A DNA stretch of 64,000 nt from Hyphochytrium catenoides (taxonomy: Eukaryota; Protista; Hyphochytriomycota), in NCBI GenBank assembly GCA_900088475.1, contig FLMG01003035.1:1-64000 (forward strand), given 5' to 3'. Shown in pieces: positions 35,792 to 49,811 of the stretch (the stretch's first letter is position 1; each line of letters starts with the position of its first letter). The translations under genes and the position numbers were made by a program. The notes below the pieces were generated by a model. It was not told the origin of the DNA. It searched no databases and saw nothing but the letters and a program-made list of their open reading frames with translations.

Positions 35792-36514
35792 CGATGGCCT
35801 TTGCGTCCGTTAAATCTAGCCGAAGTGGCCTCAGGGTAACATCAATCAGTACACTGGTTGAGACTATGCACCAAGATGTAAAGACAGTAAGCAAGTCAGG
35901 CTTCTCTTTGGTAAAGATCCTTAAGCTTAGAGAAGCACGGACCAGATAAGAACCTTCTGGCCCTGAGAGGTGTAAATGTCATGGGGGCGAAAAATGGAGA
36001 GGAGAGAGAAGAGAGAGAGAGTGGAGGAGAAAGAGAGGGAAAGGAACAGCTTCTTAGATGGTCTGGCAAGAGAAGTAATGCAGTCAGATCTGAACAACAG
36101 AGAAGGCCACCGACACTAGTACACAGCGGGAGGTCTTTAGGAAGAGAAGCGGGCGCAAGTATATCGTTTGGCTGTCTAATTTAATGAAGAGAAGCAGGTG
36201 ACTCGTTGCCAGCCGCCACTTCACTAGTCTCCAGTCTATAGAGGGTCGTATGTACTCTGCCTAGCCCTCAGTATGTAACTCTCCTGCCAACCGCCTAAAC
36301 CGCCTCGTCGATCATCTCCGTGTGAACCCTGCGCACGGGCCCAGCACAGCTACTTCTATCCACTCCTTCCGCTCTCCACACTCTCTTCTCTACCTATCTG
36401 CACACGCTGTCCATCGAGTGAAAGTAGGTTCATTTCTCTGTCTTTTGTTCCCTCCCAGACAATTCTACTTCTCCCCGGTTACGTCCTTGGTCCCTAGCTC
36501 GGCCTCCTTTGGCC

Positions 36515-37027
36515 TTATTGCACCACGCAGCCACTAGAGGTGGCATTCGGGTCACCCAGCTCCTTCATGAGCTTGAGCAGCTCTTTATTCTCAGTTTTGA
36601 AAGCCAAGTCCCAGGCCGTCTTGTCATTGGCGTCCTTCATGGTCATGTCCGCCTTGCGCTGCATCAGAAGTTTGACCACCTCCAGCTTCTGCCCCTCAGC
36701 TGCTCCCATGACGGGCGTCATCTTGGAGGTAGTCATGGCATTGATGTTGGCACCTTTGTCTAGAAGAAGAGCACAGCTCTCTGTATGACCACTAATGGCC
36801 GCCCAATGAAGAGCTGCGCGGCCGCTCTTATCTGCGCCGTTAATATCTGCGCCTTTATCCAGGAGAAGCTTTATAATTTCGATATGATTTCCTCCTGCGG
36901 CACGATGAAGCGGCCTTCTATCGCCTGCACCAGGTGCGTTGACATCTGCGCCCTGTTGGATGAGCTCAAGGACTTGATTCTTTTCGCCGTTGTGTGCGGC
37001 TTTGTGCAAGGGGAGATCGTTTGGCAT
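36515..37027 (-). CDS. Small ankyrin-repeat protein (4-5 repeats) with C-terminal CaaX box (CVVQ), single coding exon
   Basis: PLHKAA, PLHRAA, ALHWAA, TPVMGAA and TAWDLA repeats with GADVN/GADIN/GANIN linkers. Ends SSGCVVQ*. Confidence 0.92.
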   Translation of the reverse strand: MPNDLPLHKAAHNGEKNQVLELIQQGADVNAPGAGDRRPLHRAAGGNHIEIIKLLLDKGADINGADKSGRAALHWAAISGHTESCALLLDKGANINAMTTSKMTPVMGAAEGQKLEVVKLLMQRKADMTMKDANDKTAWDLAFKTENKELLKLMKELGDPNATSSGCVVQ

Positions 37028-37560
37028 GTTAACAGATAAAGTGCCTGCGGTCTGAGGTTACTCTGAATATCTAGGTCTGCTATGTCAATGCCCTCGGTTC
37101 ACTGCTCGTAGCGAAGATCCAAGCTCTGGCTGCAAAGGCACCAAGTATCCTCTCTGTGTGTGGTGATCTTGTCTTTGTAAGGAGGAGGTCTTAGCAGGTT
37201 CCGAGTTACTGTTAGTCGCGAACCAAAGGTGAAGCTTGGTCTAATGGTTGGCCTTTCTCAAGGAGCACGGGCACTGACGATTGTCTTCTGACGCGCTCTC
37301 CTATGGGTCCCTCTGCTTCCTTCTAGCTCTCTAAGGTCTGTTTCTGTTCGTCCGCGGGACTGACGCAGCAGCCTGCGATGCTTCTGCTAGCCAATACGGC
37401 GATAAGACAGTGCCAAGTAACCGCGTCAGCTGAAGGGGAGCGGCATGAAGAAGAGAGCTGCGAAGAGAAGATAATGGACCTACCGGGAGGTGTCACACCC
37501 ACAGACAGAGAGTGAAGACCACGCCGTGGATTACCAGGCTTTAGAGGCTCCACTCTCTCT

Positions 37561-37593
<33 letters not shown>

Positions 37594-37607
37594 CCTCTCT
37601 CTCTCTC

Positions 37608-37663
37608 NNNNNNNNNNNNNNNNNNNNNNNNNNNNNNNNNNNNNNNNNNNNNNNNNNNNNNNN
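37608..37663. other. Assembly gap next to a (CT)n tract
   Basis: N run. Confidence 0.99.
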
Positions 37664-38194
37664 GCGGGAGAGATGGTAGGAGCCAACTGACAAAGAGACA
37701 GGCGGCGAAAAGCAACTTCCCAGCAGATTGCAAAGCACTCCTGGTGGCGCAATTTAGAGAATCGCTCCCATTGCTAAGTTACCCCATGGATTCACATCCA
37801 TGAGCTACCAGTCTTGTACCTTCGGACCTTGGATTATCACGGGGTTGGGTTAAAGAACTGGGGAGAGAAGGTGTAACCCCTTCTTAGAGTTGAAGGGTCA
37901 GATAATCAACTGAGGATCTAATGGGTGATAACTGCAAGAGATGGTTTCTATAAGAATGATTTTTCTAGTTGAAGATCGGAAAACTGCAGCTCTGACAGAG
38001 TTTCATCGGCACCCCGAAGATCGATGGAGATCGGAAGTGCAGACAGAGCTCGCCGCATCCTTCCATAGCTCCCCAGAGCCCAGACCATAACTAGGATTCC
38101 CTTTTTCTGTGGTTTCTCCACTGGTTCAGCTAGGGGTGCGGGGTCCGAGGTAAACGCGCTCAGGACGCCGAGATAACCGCGGTCAGCTGTAGCG

Positions 38195-40834
38195 ATGCTG
38201 CACCTGCATCGGCACGTGTCCCGCATTCTGCCTTGCAGAACGCGTATGTTTTCAACCCATGCCAGTGAAGGGCTGCTTGCCAAGGTGGATGTTGCCATAA
38301 TCGGTGGAGGAGTCATTGGCTGCTCTACAGCCTATCATCTCGCAAAGAGAGACCCCACACTGAAAATTGTGGTCTTTGAACGAGACCCTACTGTCAGTAC
38401 GAGCACCAACTTCTCATCCGCCGTCTACGACAGCTAACCTAACCCTTCTACCCCTCACGTAGTACAAGTTTGCATCTGCTCCCCGCTCAGCTGGAGGTAT
38501 CAGGGTGCAGGTACGGTGTTAAAAACCAAAAGTCAGAGCCTATATGCGCGTTGAAAAGCGGTCTAACAAGACCACATCCTCTTCTACCTCCAGTTCTCCA
38601 CCAAAGAGAACGTGTTGATGTCCTTGTATGGAATGGAGTTCATTAGGAGGCTGGCATTCGAAATAGAAGACGACAATAGCGATGAGATGGGAACAGGAGA
38701 GACGCACACTGCGACAGACGATAGAAAAAGCAACGCCTTTCAGTTCTACCCGGGGCGTTATCTCATTCTGGCATCGACGGCCGAGGGTGAAAAAACGCTC
38801 AAAGAGAATCTCCGCGCACAGCGGTAGGTCCTTAGAAAACTGATTGGCTTGTAGGGCAGGACATGACGTGACTCTACCGAGCCTATTCCGAAAGAGCTGA
38901 TGACACAGAAAGGGAGATACGGAGGGACCGAACTCACAAGCGAGGGAGAGTGACTCGGACTCGATCCTACTGATTGCACTGTCTCGCAGGGCAGCCGGAG
39001 TAGAGGGTGTCAGGTTCCTGGGAAAGTCAGAGCTGGCTGACAGGTTTCCCTGGATGGACGTGCACGACCTTCGCGGAGGAAACCTAGGTACGGGTTTAGG
39101 TCTCTTCACTAGTTGTCCTATATCCGTGCTTGAACGATCCCTTGGCCTCCGTAGGACCCAAAGAGGAAGGCTGGTTTGATCCTTGGCTGTTCTTGGTGAG
39201 AACAGTGGCTGCATGAGAGGGAAATCGATGGAGAATGGATGCCGTGGACAGAGATGGGCGGCAGTTTTAGATCCGTAGTTGCCGTGCCATGGGAAATGGT
39301 GAGACGTAAGGGTCTTCCTCCTAGACGGTGGATGCGAGGCAGGCATTGTCAGATATCAATAGGCAGAGGCGACGTTTCTGGTCTGAGTTTTCTTTGATAG
39401 AACGTAGCTGATAGTTCTACCGTGCCCGCTACAGCAAGGGATGAAGCAGGCAGCCAAAGGGAGAGGCGTGAACTTTATTCATGGAGAGTTCCTAGCTTCT
39501 CAGGTGTCAGGCAGAGGCGACCGTGTTGAGACTGTCACGGTGGTGAGTACATAACCCCCATACCCCCATATCTATCTTTCGGTATCCTGCTTTACTCGGG
39601 CCACGGTCGGCTAATCGGTCCCTTTCAATGTAGAGATTGCCAGGAGGCAGTCTCCAAACTATTGAGGTTGGCCAAGTCGTCAATGCTGCTGGAGCGTGGG
39701 CCCATGTAGCGGCTGAGCGCATGGGTGTCCATCTCCCCGTCGTAGCCCGGTAACCGGAGCTCGATCTTCCTGCCTTGTTTTACATTGAACATCGTGACTT
39801 GTTGGCCAGGAAGCGCTGCGTCTTTGTAGTGCGATATCAAGGTCCAGAAGAAATTAGGGACTGTCCACTGCTGTTGGGTAAGATTAACAGGTGACGGAGA
39901 AAGAGGTCCAGTGATCTCACCTTCGCTCTTTAACCTTTCTTAGACTCCTCTGGCGTCTGGCTGCGACCCGAAGGAGGAAGCGCTGGGAGAACATTTCTTT
40001 GTGGAATCTCGCCTGCAGGTGCTTGTCCATCTTGACGACCTCACACTTCTTGAAGAGCAGGCACCAACACAGAAGGGTGTTTATTATTCTTATTACCTTG
40101 CATGCAGAGGATCCCGACCAAGAGGTTGTCCAGAGCTGTCCCTCGGTCCTGGAGAGCTCTGTAGAGCATTCGCTCTTCGAAGATATACTTTGGCCAGCGT
40201 TGGCCAACAGGATACCTGCCTTCAATTCGCTGAAGGTCACCAGTTCATGGGCGGGTTACTACGACTATCATCCATTGGACCAGGTAGGAAGATAAGGCAA
40301 AGAGAAGAATAACAGGCGAAAGAATCAACCTGGGTGGAGAAAGACATGTAGGAAAGAGAGAGCGGCAAAAAGGGAAAACGAATTACTTATAGCCCCGGAG
40401 AGAGGGAGGGCGTGGTCGCGGTTTGCCTTTTATGCTCCATTCACCACGTTTCCGAGATATTCCACGCCTAAGAACGTCTCAGTCTCTCTCTCCGCATGTC
40501 ACTTCTCCTAACCATCTCGGCTCTTCTTCTTCTCTGTCTACACACAAGGGCCATAGCATGTCTCTTATTCTGCAACCTAACTACTCCTCCCACTACCTCG
40601 ACCTTTCCCCTCTTTCTGCTGAGGTAGAACGCCATCATTGGTCGGCACCCGCGAATAACCAATCTTACCTTCGCCAATGGGTTCTCGGGGCACGGCCTTC
40701 AGCAAGCGCCAGCGGCTGGCAGGGCCGTGTCAGAGCTTATTCTCCACGGTAAATTCGAGTCTATCGACCTCAGCGCTTTCTCCTACGAGAGGACTCAGAC
40801 TGGAGAGCCGATCAGAGAAAAGAACGTCTATTGA
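38195..40834 (+). CDS. FOXRED1: FAD-dependent oxidoreductase domain-containing protein 1 (mitochondrial complex I assembly factor, DAO family), multi-exon
   Basis: Arg-rich, acid-free presequence. Rossmann motif '[18 protein letters not shown]...VVFERDPT|[16 protein letters not shown]|FSTKEN'. Also 'EEGWFDPW', 'VVNAAGAWA', '[12 protein letters not shown]...[14 protein letters not shown]|NAIIG...[22 protein letters not shown]'. Stop TGA at 40832-40834. Confidence 0.9.
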
Positions 40835-41023
40835 TACCTTTTCAGCGCCAACAAGCTGAGGAAAGGAAGGAGCAAAGAAGGCTGGCAAGAGCTTGGTTGA
40901 GGGAGATACGATAGGCAACACATGTGCTAAGCCATAAATAGTATTTAAATATTAGCGACCATGAAGATGAAGATCCGATATCTCCTTTTCCTTTTTCTCT
41001 TTCTCCTCTTTTCTCTCCGGTGC

Positions 41024-44000
41024 TTATGCAACTGTGGCCGGGTTGACGTCTTGTTGAAGCTTCGTGAGGACACTGACGAGGGAGTCGAGCTATGGATCAA
41101 CGAGACAAAAACAGTAATGTGAGCCCAGGTTAGCAAGCGACGGCCATGATAGAGATACTGACTGAGGGATTTGACAAGAAAGCGGATGAGAAAGAGGAAG
41201 GACACCACTAGTCAGGCGGTCAGTGCAACTTACCTCTTCTCTGAACCTCTCAATCTCTCTATTTTTGCTCTCTATCGCTAGCTCGTATTGTCTCTTCAGC
41301 TGTTGCTGCTCTAGTTCATGTCCGTGATGCGCCTCCGCTAACAGTCGCGATAGCTCCGCTTCTCGTCTCTGCCAAAGACGGGTTAACCTTCGGAACGTCG
41401 GTAGGCTCACCGTCTATCATCCACACACTTTTCTTCCAGCTCTCTTTCTACTCTCCGGCACCCTCCTTTGGCATATAATCGTCATTTCCCTGTCCGTGCC
41501 TCACTCATTCTCATACCTTGAACCTTCTATCCATATCCTCGATTCTCTGCTGCAAGGATTGCAGTTGAACGCTGGTTGGAGTGCGCAGCTCCGACAGCTG
41601 GGCGCGTAAGTGCAATGCCTCTGTCCTTTCTGCGTGAAGGCTATCCCGCAGATGCGCATTTTCTACTAGCAAACTTCGCTCCTTCGCTTCTCTCTCTTCC
41701 TTCTCTGCTCTTTCTTCTGCTGGTGATGGCCCTTGCGTCTCTGTCTGTTTCAACTTTAGCTCTTCTCTGACGGCAGTGAGCTGAGCTCTGAGATCGCTCA
41801 CAAGCTCCTCCAGTTTGAGGACAACGGCTGCCTGCCCTGCGCTGTTACCCTCAGGGCTAACTCCATCCACCTTGCGGAAGACTTGCTCTTCAATTGGTGA
41901 CAGCGTCTGACCCCTATTGGATGCTTCGGTCTGAACTCCTTTACTCTCTGGCAAATGCAGATTAATAGGGGTTCCAAGCTGTAAGTGGCGGAAAAAATGA
42001 GCTATCGTGATAGGGACTGACCTCTTTCTTTGTGGAGACTACCGGGATGTGACCGGAAGGCAGCAAGTAGCTTCTGTCGTGCGGCATCACTGGCAGCTAG
42101 CTGAGCGCGCAAGGAAGTCACCTCGGCAGTCAGAGCGTCATCACCTTGTCCTAAAGCTCTAAACTGTAGAGAGAGAGCGCAAAGAAGAGTGTCAAAAGCT
42201 GTTAAGTCTTTCTAATGGAAGGTTAGTGGCTTAGTCCGTAAGTGCAGGTGCGCAGACTTTCTCCCCATTGTTGCCACTTCCCTAACTTACATTCTCCATT
42301 TCTAGCTGCAAACGAAGTATTTCATCCTCTTGTTCTCTCTGCAGCAAGTAAACAACGTGAGGTTCATAGACATCGCGCATGCCTAAGATCATAAGGAGCT
42401 TTGTCGTTGCCCTTACCAGGAGCCGCCGCAGCTCCTTCACTGTCCGAGCATCTTCTTCGACATCTTTATCGCCCTCGTTATTTCCAGCGCTATGAGTGTT
42501 TCTTCTAACCTTGTCCGACCTTCCGTCCTTCCTTGCCTTGGGACCACCTTTCTTGTCGTCCAGCCCTACACCTCTGCCTGACTCGAGCTCCTGGGACACG
42601 GACAAGGTTAAAAAGGTAAAGCTTCAATGGCTGAGTTCGGAAATAAACAGGAAGGGACAGGTAGCCATGACAGGACGACCTAGTAAGAAGCACCAGGTGA
42701 CCATGCAGCAAAGATGAAAGAGGCAACGCCGAGCAGAGAGAGCGAAGGAAGAAACCTTGATCTTTTTCTTATAGTAGGTGCGAACCCTGTCTAACTCGCT
42801 TTCTAACTCCTGGACCCTTGTCTGAGATACCGCCCGAGCTTTCTGAGAAAGAGTTACCCGAGTGGGGGCAACAGGAGGTGGAGGCGGTGGAGATGCCAAT
42901 GCCTCCGCAAGCTGCTTCTTGTACCTGCCCAAAAGCCAGAGGCCGATGGAAGTTAGGCCGCGTTGCTCTGAAGATGGCGAGGTTTGGTGCACAACGGGAG
43001 AGAAGAATCGCGGCGTTGTGGGGACCCTCACGATGAGGAACAATAGAGAGAGGGTGACAGCTCCCTTACCCCTGCACAATTCTATCATGCTCTTGTCGAA
43101 GAGACCTCATATGTCTCTCGGCTCTCTCCTTTTCTTCCTCCAGTTGTCTTTTCAGGTTCTCAATCTCATCTCGATGGGTTCTCTCTTCTTCCGCCGTTTG
43201 CTCCCGCTGGGCCGCAAGGATGAGCGCAGAAATGCTGTCAGGATGTTTCTTCAGAAGAGAGGCTTCCAGCTCGGACACCTTCCGTTCCAGCTCCTGGTAA
43301 AGGATCGGCGGGGGCCCGATGAGATAAGGAAGCAGGGACAGCAGAAGAAAGAGAAACAAGTGGACGTAAAAAGAGAGATTACCGACGGATAAGTAGAGGC
43401 AGAACTCAAGCATCGAGACCGGGAAGAGGAGTTATCTGAGCATCTACAAAATAGAAGGGCGAGACCGACGCTAGAATGTGGCATGTGCGCCACTCAGCAC
43501 GAGAGCACACGAAAGAACTGGAGCCCACCATTATTCTTCGGACATCGGCCGCTGATCGTCCAGGGAAGTTCTTGGCTCTGTCACCCCCGCTTTTTGATAG
43601 AGGAGAGGGAAGCACCTTCTTCCCTACAGCTCCCCCGCGTTCAGCTTCCCTTCTCCCTCTGCCTTCAGACGGAAGCTGCTGAGTCAAGCGCTGTATCTCC
43701 TTTTGTTGCTCCTTGATAGTGCGTTCTTGCTCATCCAGCAGCTCCTGATTTTCAATGTACCTGAGTAAATGAGAGAGTTCCGTTAGACAGCTGACAAGAT
43801 TGAGAAAGACCTTGGTTTCCAAAAAGAGATGCGCGGGTGACGATGCAGGAGAAAGGGGCCAGACATCGCAGAAGTAGCCGCGACAGACTTCATACACGAA
43901 CAGTGAAAGCGCAGAAAGAGACATCAAGACTAGGTGGCGGTGGTCTCCAGACCCTGGCTCAGGACTCTGTGTTCTAACGGTGAAGGAAGAGTAAAACGTG

Positions 44001-47000
44001 GAGGAAAACGACAAGAAGAGACAACAGACAACGAAAAGAAGGGCAACCATTTTAGCTTCTGCTGGAGAGTTTTCTCTACTTCTTTGTGCCGCTTTCTCTC
44101 TCTTTCCAGCTGTTGTTCTAGCTTCCGCACGACTGCCTCCTCTGCTTGGACCTGAGCCAAGTTCACGCCAGCTCTCGAGCATTCCGCTTCAGCCTTTGAC
44201 TTACGCAGAGACTCCAACTGGATAAAAGTAATGGAGGTGAAGCGTGGAAAATAAGGGGATGTAACGGGAGACCTCGCAAGCATTAGAAAAGTTTAAAGCA
44301 CAAGGAGTACGGAAGGCAGAAACAGGATAAACAAAGGAGAAAAGAAGAGAGACAGGGAAGGAAACAAGAGACTAAGGAGGAAGGGGTGTCAAGTTTGTTG
44401 GACTACCTCTTCCCTGAGCTCTCCTTCTCTCCTTTCGCTCAGTTGCCTACTCGCCTCTAGCTCTTCCTCCAGCTCCTGAGCCCTCTTTTCCGCCCTCAAT
44501 CGCGCCTGCAGGTGTACTCCTCCACCTTCACCATCTTCCGCGCCGAGCTGGTTTCTAAGCTGGTTCAAGGCCCTTCCTAGGCTCTGATTCTCTTCAAACA
44601 TTGCTAGCCTCTCCTTCTGCAAGTCGAGTAGGGTCAGGGGCGGAAGTAAGAAAGCCAATCGTTAGTAGAGGGAGAAAGCATAAGGAGAAGAACTATGCGC
44701 AAGGAAGCCATCAGCAAGCCGCTTTCCTTCTCTAGAAGAGCTAAGAGTCGCCCAGGGAAGGAGGGTTGCAAAGAGGCTAACACTGTATCTCTCGCCGCCC
44801 ACCACTTGCTCTTCCATTAAGTTTGGCTGTCCCAACACCAGAAGCGACAGAATTTTCTAGCATTCTCACCTCTGCAGTCTCCCTGACATGCCGCATCTCC
44901 TTGATCAATCTCTCGTTGTCCTGTTTATATCCCAAGAGAATGCTCTCTTGCACCGCCAACTCCTCCCGCAGCCTCTTCTCTGCCTCTCCTATTGCTTCAG
45001 CTCCTTCATGATCCTCTGCTCTCTCGCCGCTTTGCCTCTTATCCGTGTCATCCGCCAGAGCCCGGGTATGAGCTCTACTCTTGGCGAGAGACGTGACAGA
45101 AAAAAGACTCGCATTCGCTTCTTTTAACTAGGAACAAGGACGACAATGTGAGAGGAAGAAGCTAGTGGCAGTCAATGTTCAGAAGAGAACATGGCGCGGA
45201 ACGTAGGCATAGGACACGGAGATGGAACTGATCAGTGTCGTGCAGGAGAAGAGACAGCCAAAGAGAGCTCATCCCTAAGTGGAGGCGAAAGGAAGTAAAC
45301 GGGAGCTTAACTCAAGAGAGCTTAAGAAAGAGGGAGTCAACACTTCAAGGAGCAACCTGTGCTTGAAGCTTCGCAATCTCTCGCTTGTAGGCTTCCACTG
45401 CCTCAGGCTTTAGTCGCATTAAAAACGCGGAGAGACACGGTTAGATTAGGCTATCCACTAAAAAAGAAAGAGCACTGGCAGACGCACCACCACTTGCTCA
45501 GCACTCGACTTTTTCACTCTGCGATCTTCCTCTTCTATCCCTGCCAAAGGTGCGGGAATAGTTTCGAGAACAGGGGAGGCCGAGGTCTCTTCCTCACTGC
45601 GCAGATCCTGCTCCCTTTCCCTTTCGTCCTCGCCATCTGTGGAGGGTAGTCTCTTTCCGTGCGTTTCTCTTCTGGACCTAACACCCTGATGTCCCTCTGG
45701 CTTTGCTTTGTGGATAGGCTCCGCGTTGGTCGTCCTTTCTGCGTGCCCGCCTTTATGTTTGAGGGAAAGCTCTTGCTCTTCCGTTGTCTTGGTGCTAGCC
45801 CCGGGTTCGTCTTTCAGCATCTCGAGCTCTCGCTGGATCTCTAAATACTTAGCCACCAGGTCATCGGTCGAGAAACGCAGCTTTTCTTCTCTAGGTTTTC
45901 CACTCTCTTTCTCTTTCGATTTCTTCAAAGAACTAAGACGGGGGATAGCGCTCTTTCCTGATGTTCTTTGAGGAGTGGCGGGAGCCTCCTCTCTCCTCTT
46001 CTCTCTATTCTCGACTGCAAGGAAGGAGGAGATGAGAAGTGGGTCAGGGGGCGCGCTAACCACCGGAATAGCCCAGTCAGCCCGGGGCACTGCCTGCTTT
46101 GGCTGCCTCCGATGAGCTTTTGTTTGCTCCTGTGCCCGTGCCGGCGAGTTCACCGTTTTGCGGTCACTCCTGGTGCTTCGTACGGGAGAGGAAGGGATAG
46201 TGCTTTTATTCCGACCCTCCTCGTCTCGGCTTGAAGATGGAGATACTGGGACGTTTGGTGTCTCTTCAAGAAAGGTTCTTGGTTGTGGCGAGCTCTTCTA
46301 CGAGCGAGTGAACATAGCCGAAGAGCGAGAGTGAGTCCCGAGCATACTTGGTGACATAGACATAAAAGTACAGAGGGGAAAGTGTATAGCCAAGTACCCC
46401 TGATGATGACTTTTATAGGGCGGTAAGTCTTCCTACCTTCGCGATAGGCATACTAGGCCTTTTCTCCTGTCTCTCCTGAGACACGTGAATGGCTGGATTG
46501 TCATGCACTGCCCTCCTCTTCTGGCTGCTGACCACAACCTTCGCGCTGGCGTATTCAAAATCCAAAATCCGGTCTCTTTCCCGTTGTGACTCCTCATCAA
46601 TGAGGTCAAAACTAGGAGGCTGGGAAGGGGAAGGCGATGCGGGACTGATGGATGCCTGATGAACCACAAAGCGCTGGACGGTGGAGGGCACTGAGGAAGA
46701 AGCCCGTTCTGGCTCCTTCTCGCTTTGCCCTTCTGGCTGCAGTACTTGACCTTGGACTGGAACGTCAGCCGAGTGGTTTTCTCCAGGTCGTCCATAGTCC
46801 ATGCTAGCGTCTTTCTCTTTTATGGATCCTTCCTGGTCTGGGGGGGTTTCTCCCTTGTGTTGGTGCTGTGGTGAGTCCTGCATCTCTGTCTCTTCACTTC
46901 TTAACAGCTCCTCTCCGTGCTCCTCACCTTGTCCTTGGCTAAGAACAGGTTCCGCCTCGAACTCTTCATCCGTATATGACTCCTCTCCTTTCCTGCCAAT

Positions 47001-49811
47001 CGACAACTCAGTGACTCCGGAAACGACAGGAGTCGGCGGAGGAGAAATTGGAAGAGACGGAGGCGGTGGCAGAGCTGCACTCTGCTCTTGGGAGCTGGCG
47101 CGGGTAGACTGGTCCACTTTCTCATCCTTGGCTTGTCTTTCAATGCTGTCAGGCTCTAGACGTAAAGAAGTGGAACTGGATTCCTTGTGCTCTTCCCCTA
47201 TTTCTCTCACAGGCACGGACGCACTGGCTGAAGGCTCTACGACCTTATAATAAACATCAAAAAGTTGCTAAGACGAGGCGACTCAAAGAATCTGGAAACA
47301 TATAGAAGCGAGATGTAGCTTACTTTATCTTCTGCCGCAACGGTGCCAGCGACGTGTTCATCCTCCTTCTACATTCAAAGCAGCATGATGTTAGGACTCA
47401 GAAATATGCAATGCGAAGCATCTGAGAGTGCAGAGGAGAAGCGATAGGAAAGACTCCGGTCACCTCGAAGTCATCGTCTGCATATCCAAAGTCATTTGAA
47501 TAGTCTAGCATGGACTCCGCCTTGTCCTTGTTGCTCCCGGACGCTGTCACCATCTCAGTTTGCTGAGGTGCCAACGTTATCCCGCTGTCTTCCTTCTTCT
47601 CCACCAAATCAGGCGCTGGTGCCTGGCCTTCAGCTTTTGCGCCTGCACGATCCTGCCTTTCGTGACCCTCCACACTTCCCGCCGACTGCGCTAGCAAGGA
47701 TGAGGGCTCGGCCTGAGCAGGGGCGGCAGATGCTGCTGGCGGAGCATCGGCTTCGGCGTCCATACTGAGATCGAGGGAGAACACGGACTGACGAAACGTA
47801 CAGGAGGTAGGACAATAAGCCCAAAGAGATAGGGAAGAGAGGTGGGGAAGAGAGGGTGAGAGAGAGGGAGTCATGCTATAGCTGCGGAGAAGGATGATAG
47901 GAGTCCAGCTATACCTTCAGATTCGAGAACGTGCTTGGAACGGGTAGCGGTGCCTCGTCTAACTCTGGTTCTGAATGACATGGCATGAGGTCAGAGCAGT
48001 GCACGAAGCTGAGGAGGGAGAGAGGAGAGCTAAAAAGAGGGCATCCGGTGGAGATATGTGATCGTACTTTGTGCATGTGGAAGGGAAGGGGCAGAAGGGA
48101 TGGTAAGATCTCCAAAGGATTGTCCTTCCTTCCTGTCCTTGCCAGGGCCCAACCCTGCCGTCCTCTTCTCCTGCAGTTTGCGTTTGGCAAAGGCACCGAC
48201 CTTCACAAGAGCGGCAGCCAGGGTGAGGCGGTAAAAGACTGACGGAACTCAAGTCGAGTCAATGTTAAGGACCTCAAAATCTTCCTCTTTCAATCCTAAA
48301 GAGTCTTCGAACTCATCCTGTTTCTCTTCTTTCTCTTCCTTGTCTCCCTCGACTGAGCCCAGGGCATCGACACCCTCTGCAGGCTACCCGGTAGGCAGGA
48401 GTGAGGCAGCTGAGCAGGTAGCTTGCAAGTAGAAAGTACTAAGGAAAAGGTGCTAGAGCGACAGACGGAGGTGCGGGTACAGAACAGAGAGAGAGGGACA
48501 GAGCAAACTAAGAGAGAGGAAACTGCGAAGGCTTGTATAACGAGTTGATGCGCATAGCGAGATCTATGGCCGCTGGCCACTACCTTCCCCTCTTCTGATC
48601 CTCCCGCTTCCTCCGCAGTCATCTCATCCTCCGCCGCTCCAATAGTCGGCTTCGGCCTCTCAGATAGGTCTTTAAGAGACGAGCCTGTGCGTTGTAGGAT
48701 GGACTCCATCCGCTCCTCAAGAGAGACTTTCTTGACCTGAGAGCGTGGAAGAGTGAGGAACCCCAACATGTGATTGACCGCTTCATCTTTCATCTCCCCC
48801 TTTTATGTCCTAGATCCCTTCTACCAAGTCTACGGCATCTTCAGTACCTGCTTCAGACTAGCTTCTTTCTTCTTTCTCTCCTTCTCCTGACACAAGCACC
48901 GAGCCGTAGGAACAAGGATGATGTATATGAGGAGAAAGCGATGAGAGGCCTTCTTAAAACAATGAGGAGAGAAAGGATAGAGGCGGGGTATGGATAGGAC
49001 AGGAGAGAGAAGAGAATAAGGGAAGGACATTGGAAATAGGAAGTGGAAAGATGGCTCGCTGGGGAGAAGGAAGAGCTCTCCTATGGCTCCATTCTCTGAT
49101 AAAGAATAGCATTGCGTCTACCTCTTCATCACTAGAGTCAAGGTTATAGGGATCTCTGGATTTTACAAGAGAGAGAGAAAGAGAGAATAGAGAGAGTCAG
49201 AGGATCTCAGGATATACAAAGCTCACAAGAGGGCTAAGAAGAGAAGGTGAAGAGAGCGAGAGAGATAGTATGACCAAAGCAGGAGAACCAGAGTTAGGGG
49301 GTTGAAAAAGATGCGGGATGATAAGAGGTCCAACACGGAGTCGAAGAGGAACAAAACAACGTCATCTCTCAAGAGAGAGAGAGAGAGAGAGAGTGAGAGA
49401 AAGAGAGTTAGTAGCGAAGGGACATACTTGTACGGCGGTGGAGCGTCCTCATCACTGTCACTTAACGAGACAAGGGAGCGCTTGGGCACGGTTCCCTAGG
49501 CATTCCCAAAGTCAGAAGATGTGAAGACAGCTGCAGTCAGAGTGAGAGTCTTCATATGTCCTGCTCTCTCTTCTGTCTCCGTGTTGTCTTTCGTCAAACT
49601 GAAGCTCTTTCACCTGTTTGGTCTTCTTTCCTGACTTCTGGGAAGGCTCCTTGGTCCCGCGCCTCTTCCCTTCCTTGTCCTTAGAGGACTTTTGGCGTCC
49701 AGTCCCACGTGCGATAGGCCTAAGAGACCAGAATGAGTCCGGGAGCTTCTTCTCCCTAGACGTTCCTTTTTCTCCTTCACATGCCTGGTCATCTACCTCT
49801 CTCTCTCTCAT
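41024..49811 (-). CDS. CEP162: CEP162-like centrosomal/transition-zone coiled-coil protein with long disordered N-terminus, multi-exon; 5' end uncertain (may extend to about 50.1-50.7 kb)
   Basis: CEP162-type motifs occur in order: 'QESILLGYKQDNERL', 'LQQKLKW|YIENQELLD', 'KKHPDSISALILAA', 'RSLRQEHD', 'KNREIERFREE|LDSLV'. Stop TAA at 41026-41024. Confidence 0.75.

Noticed and set aside
38540-39346. 268-aa minus-strand ORF and similar antisense ORFs (13787-14296, 24495-25127, 59411-60599)
   Set aside because: They are antisense shadows of well-supported genes on the opposite strand, with no recognisable motifs.
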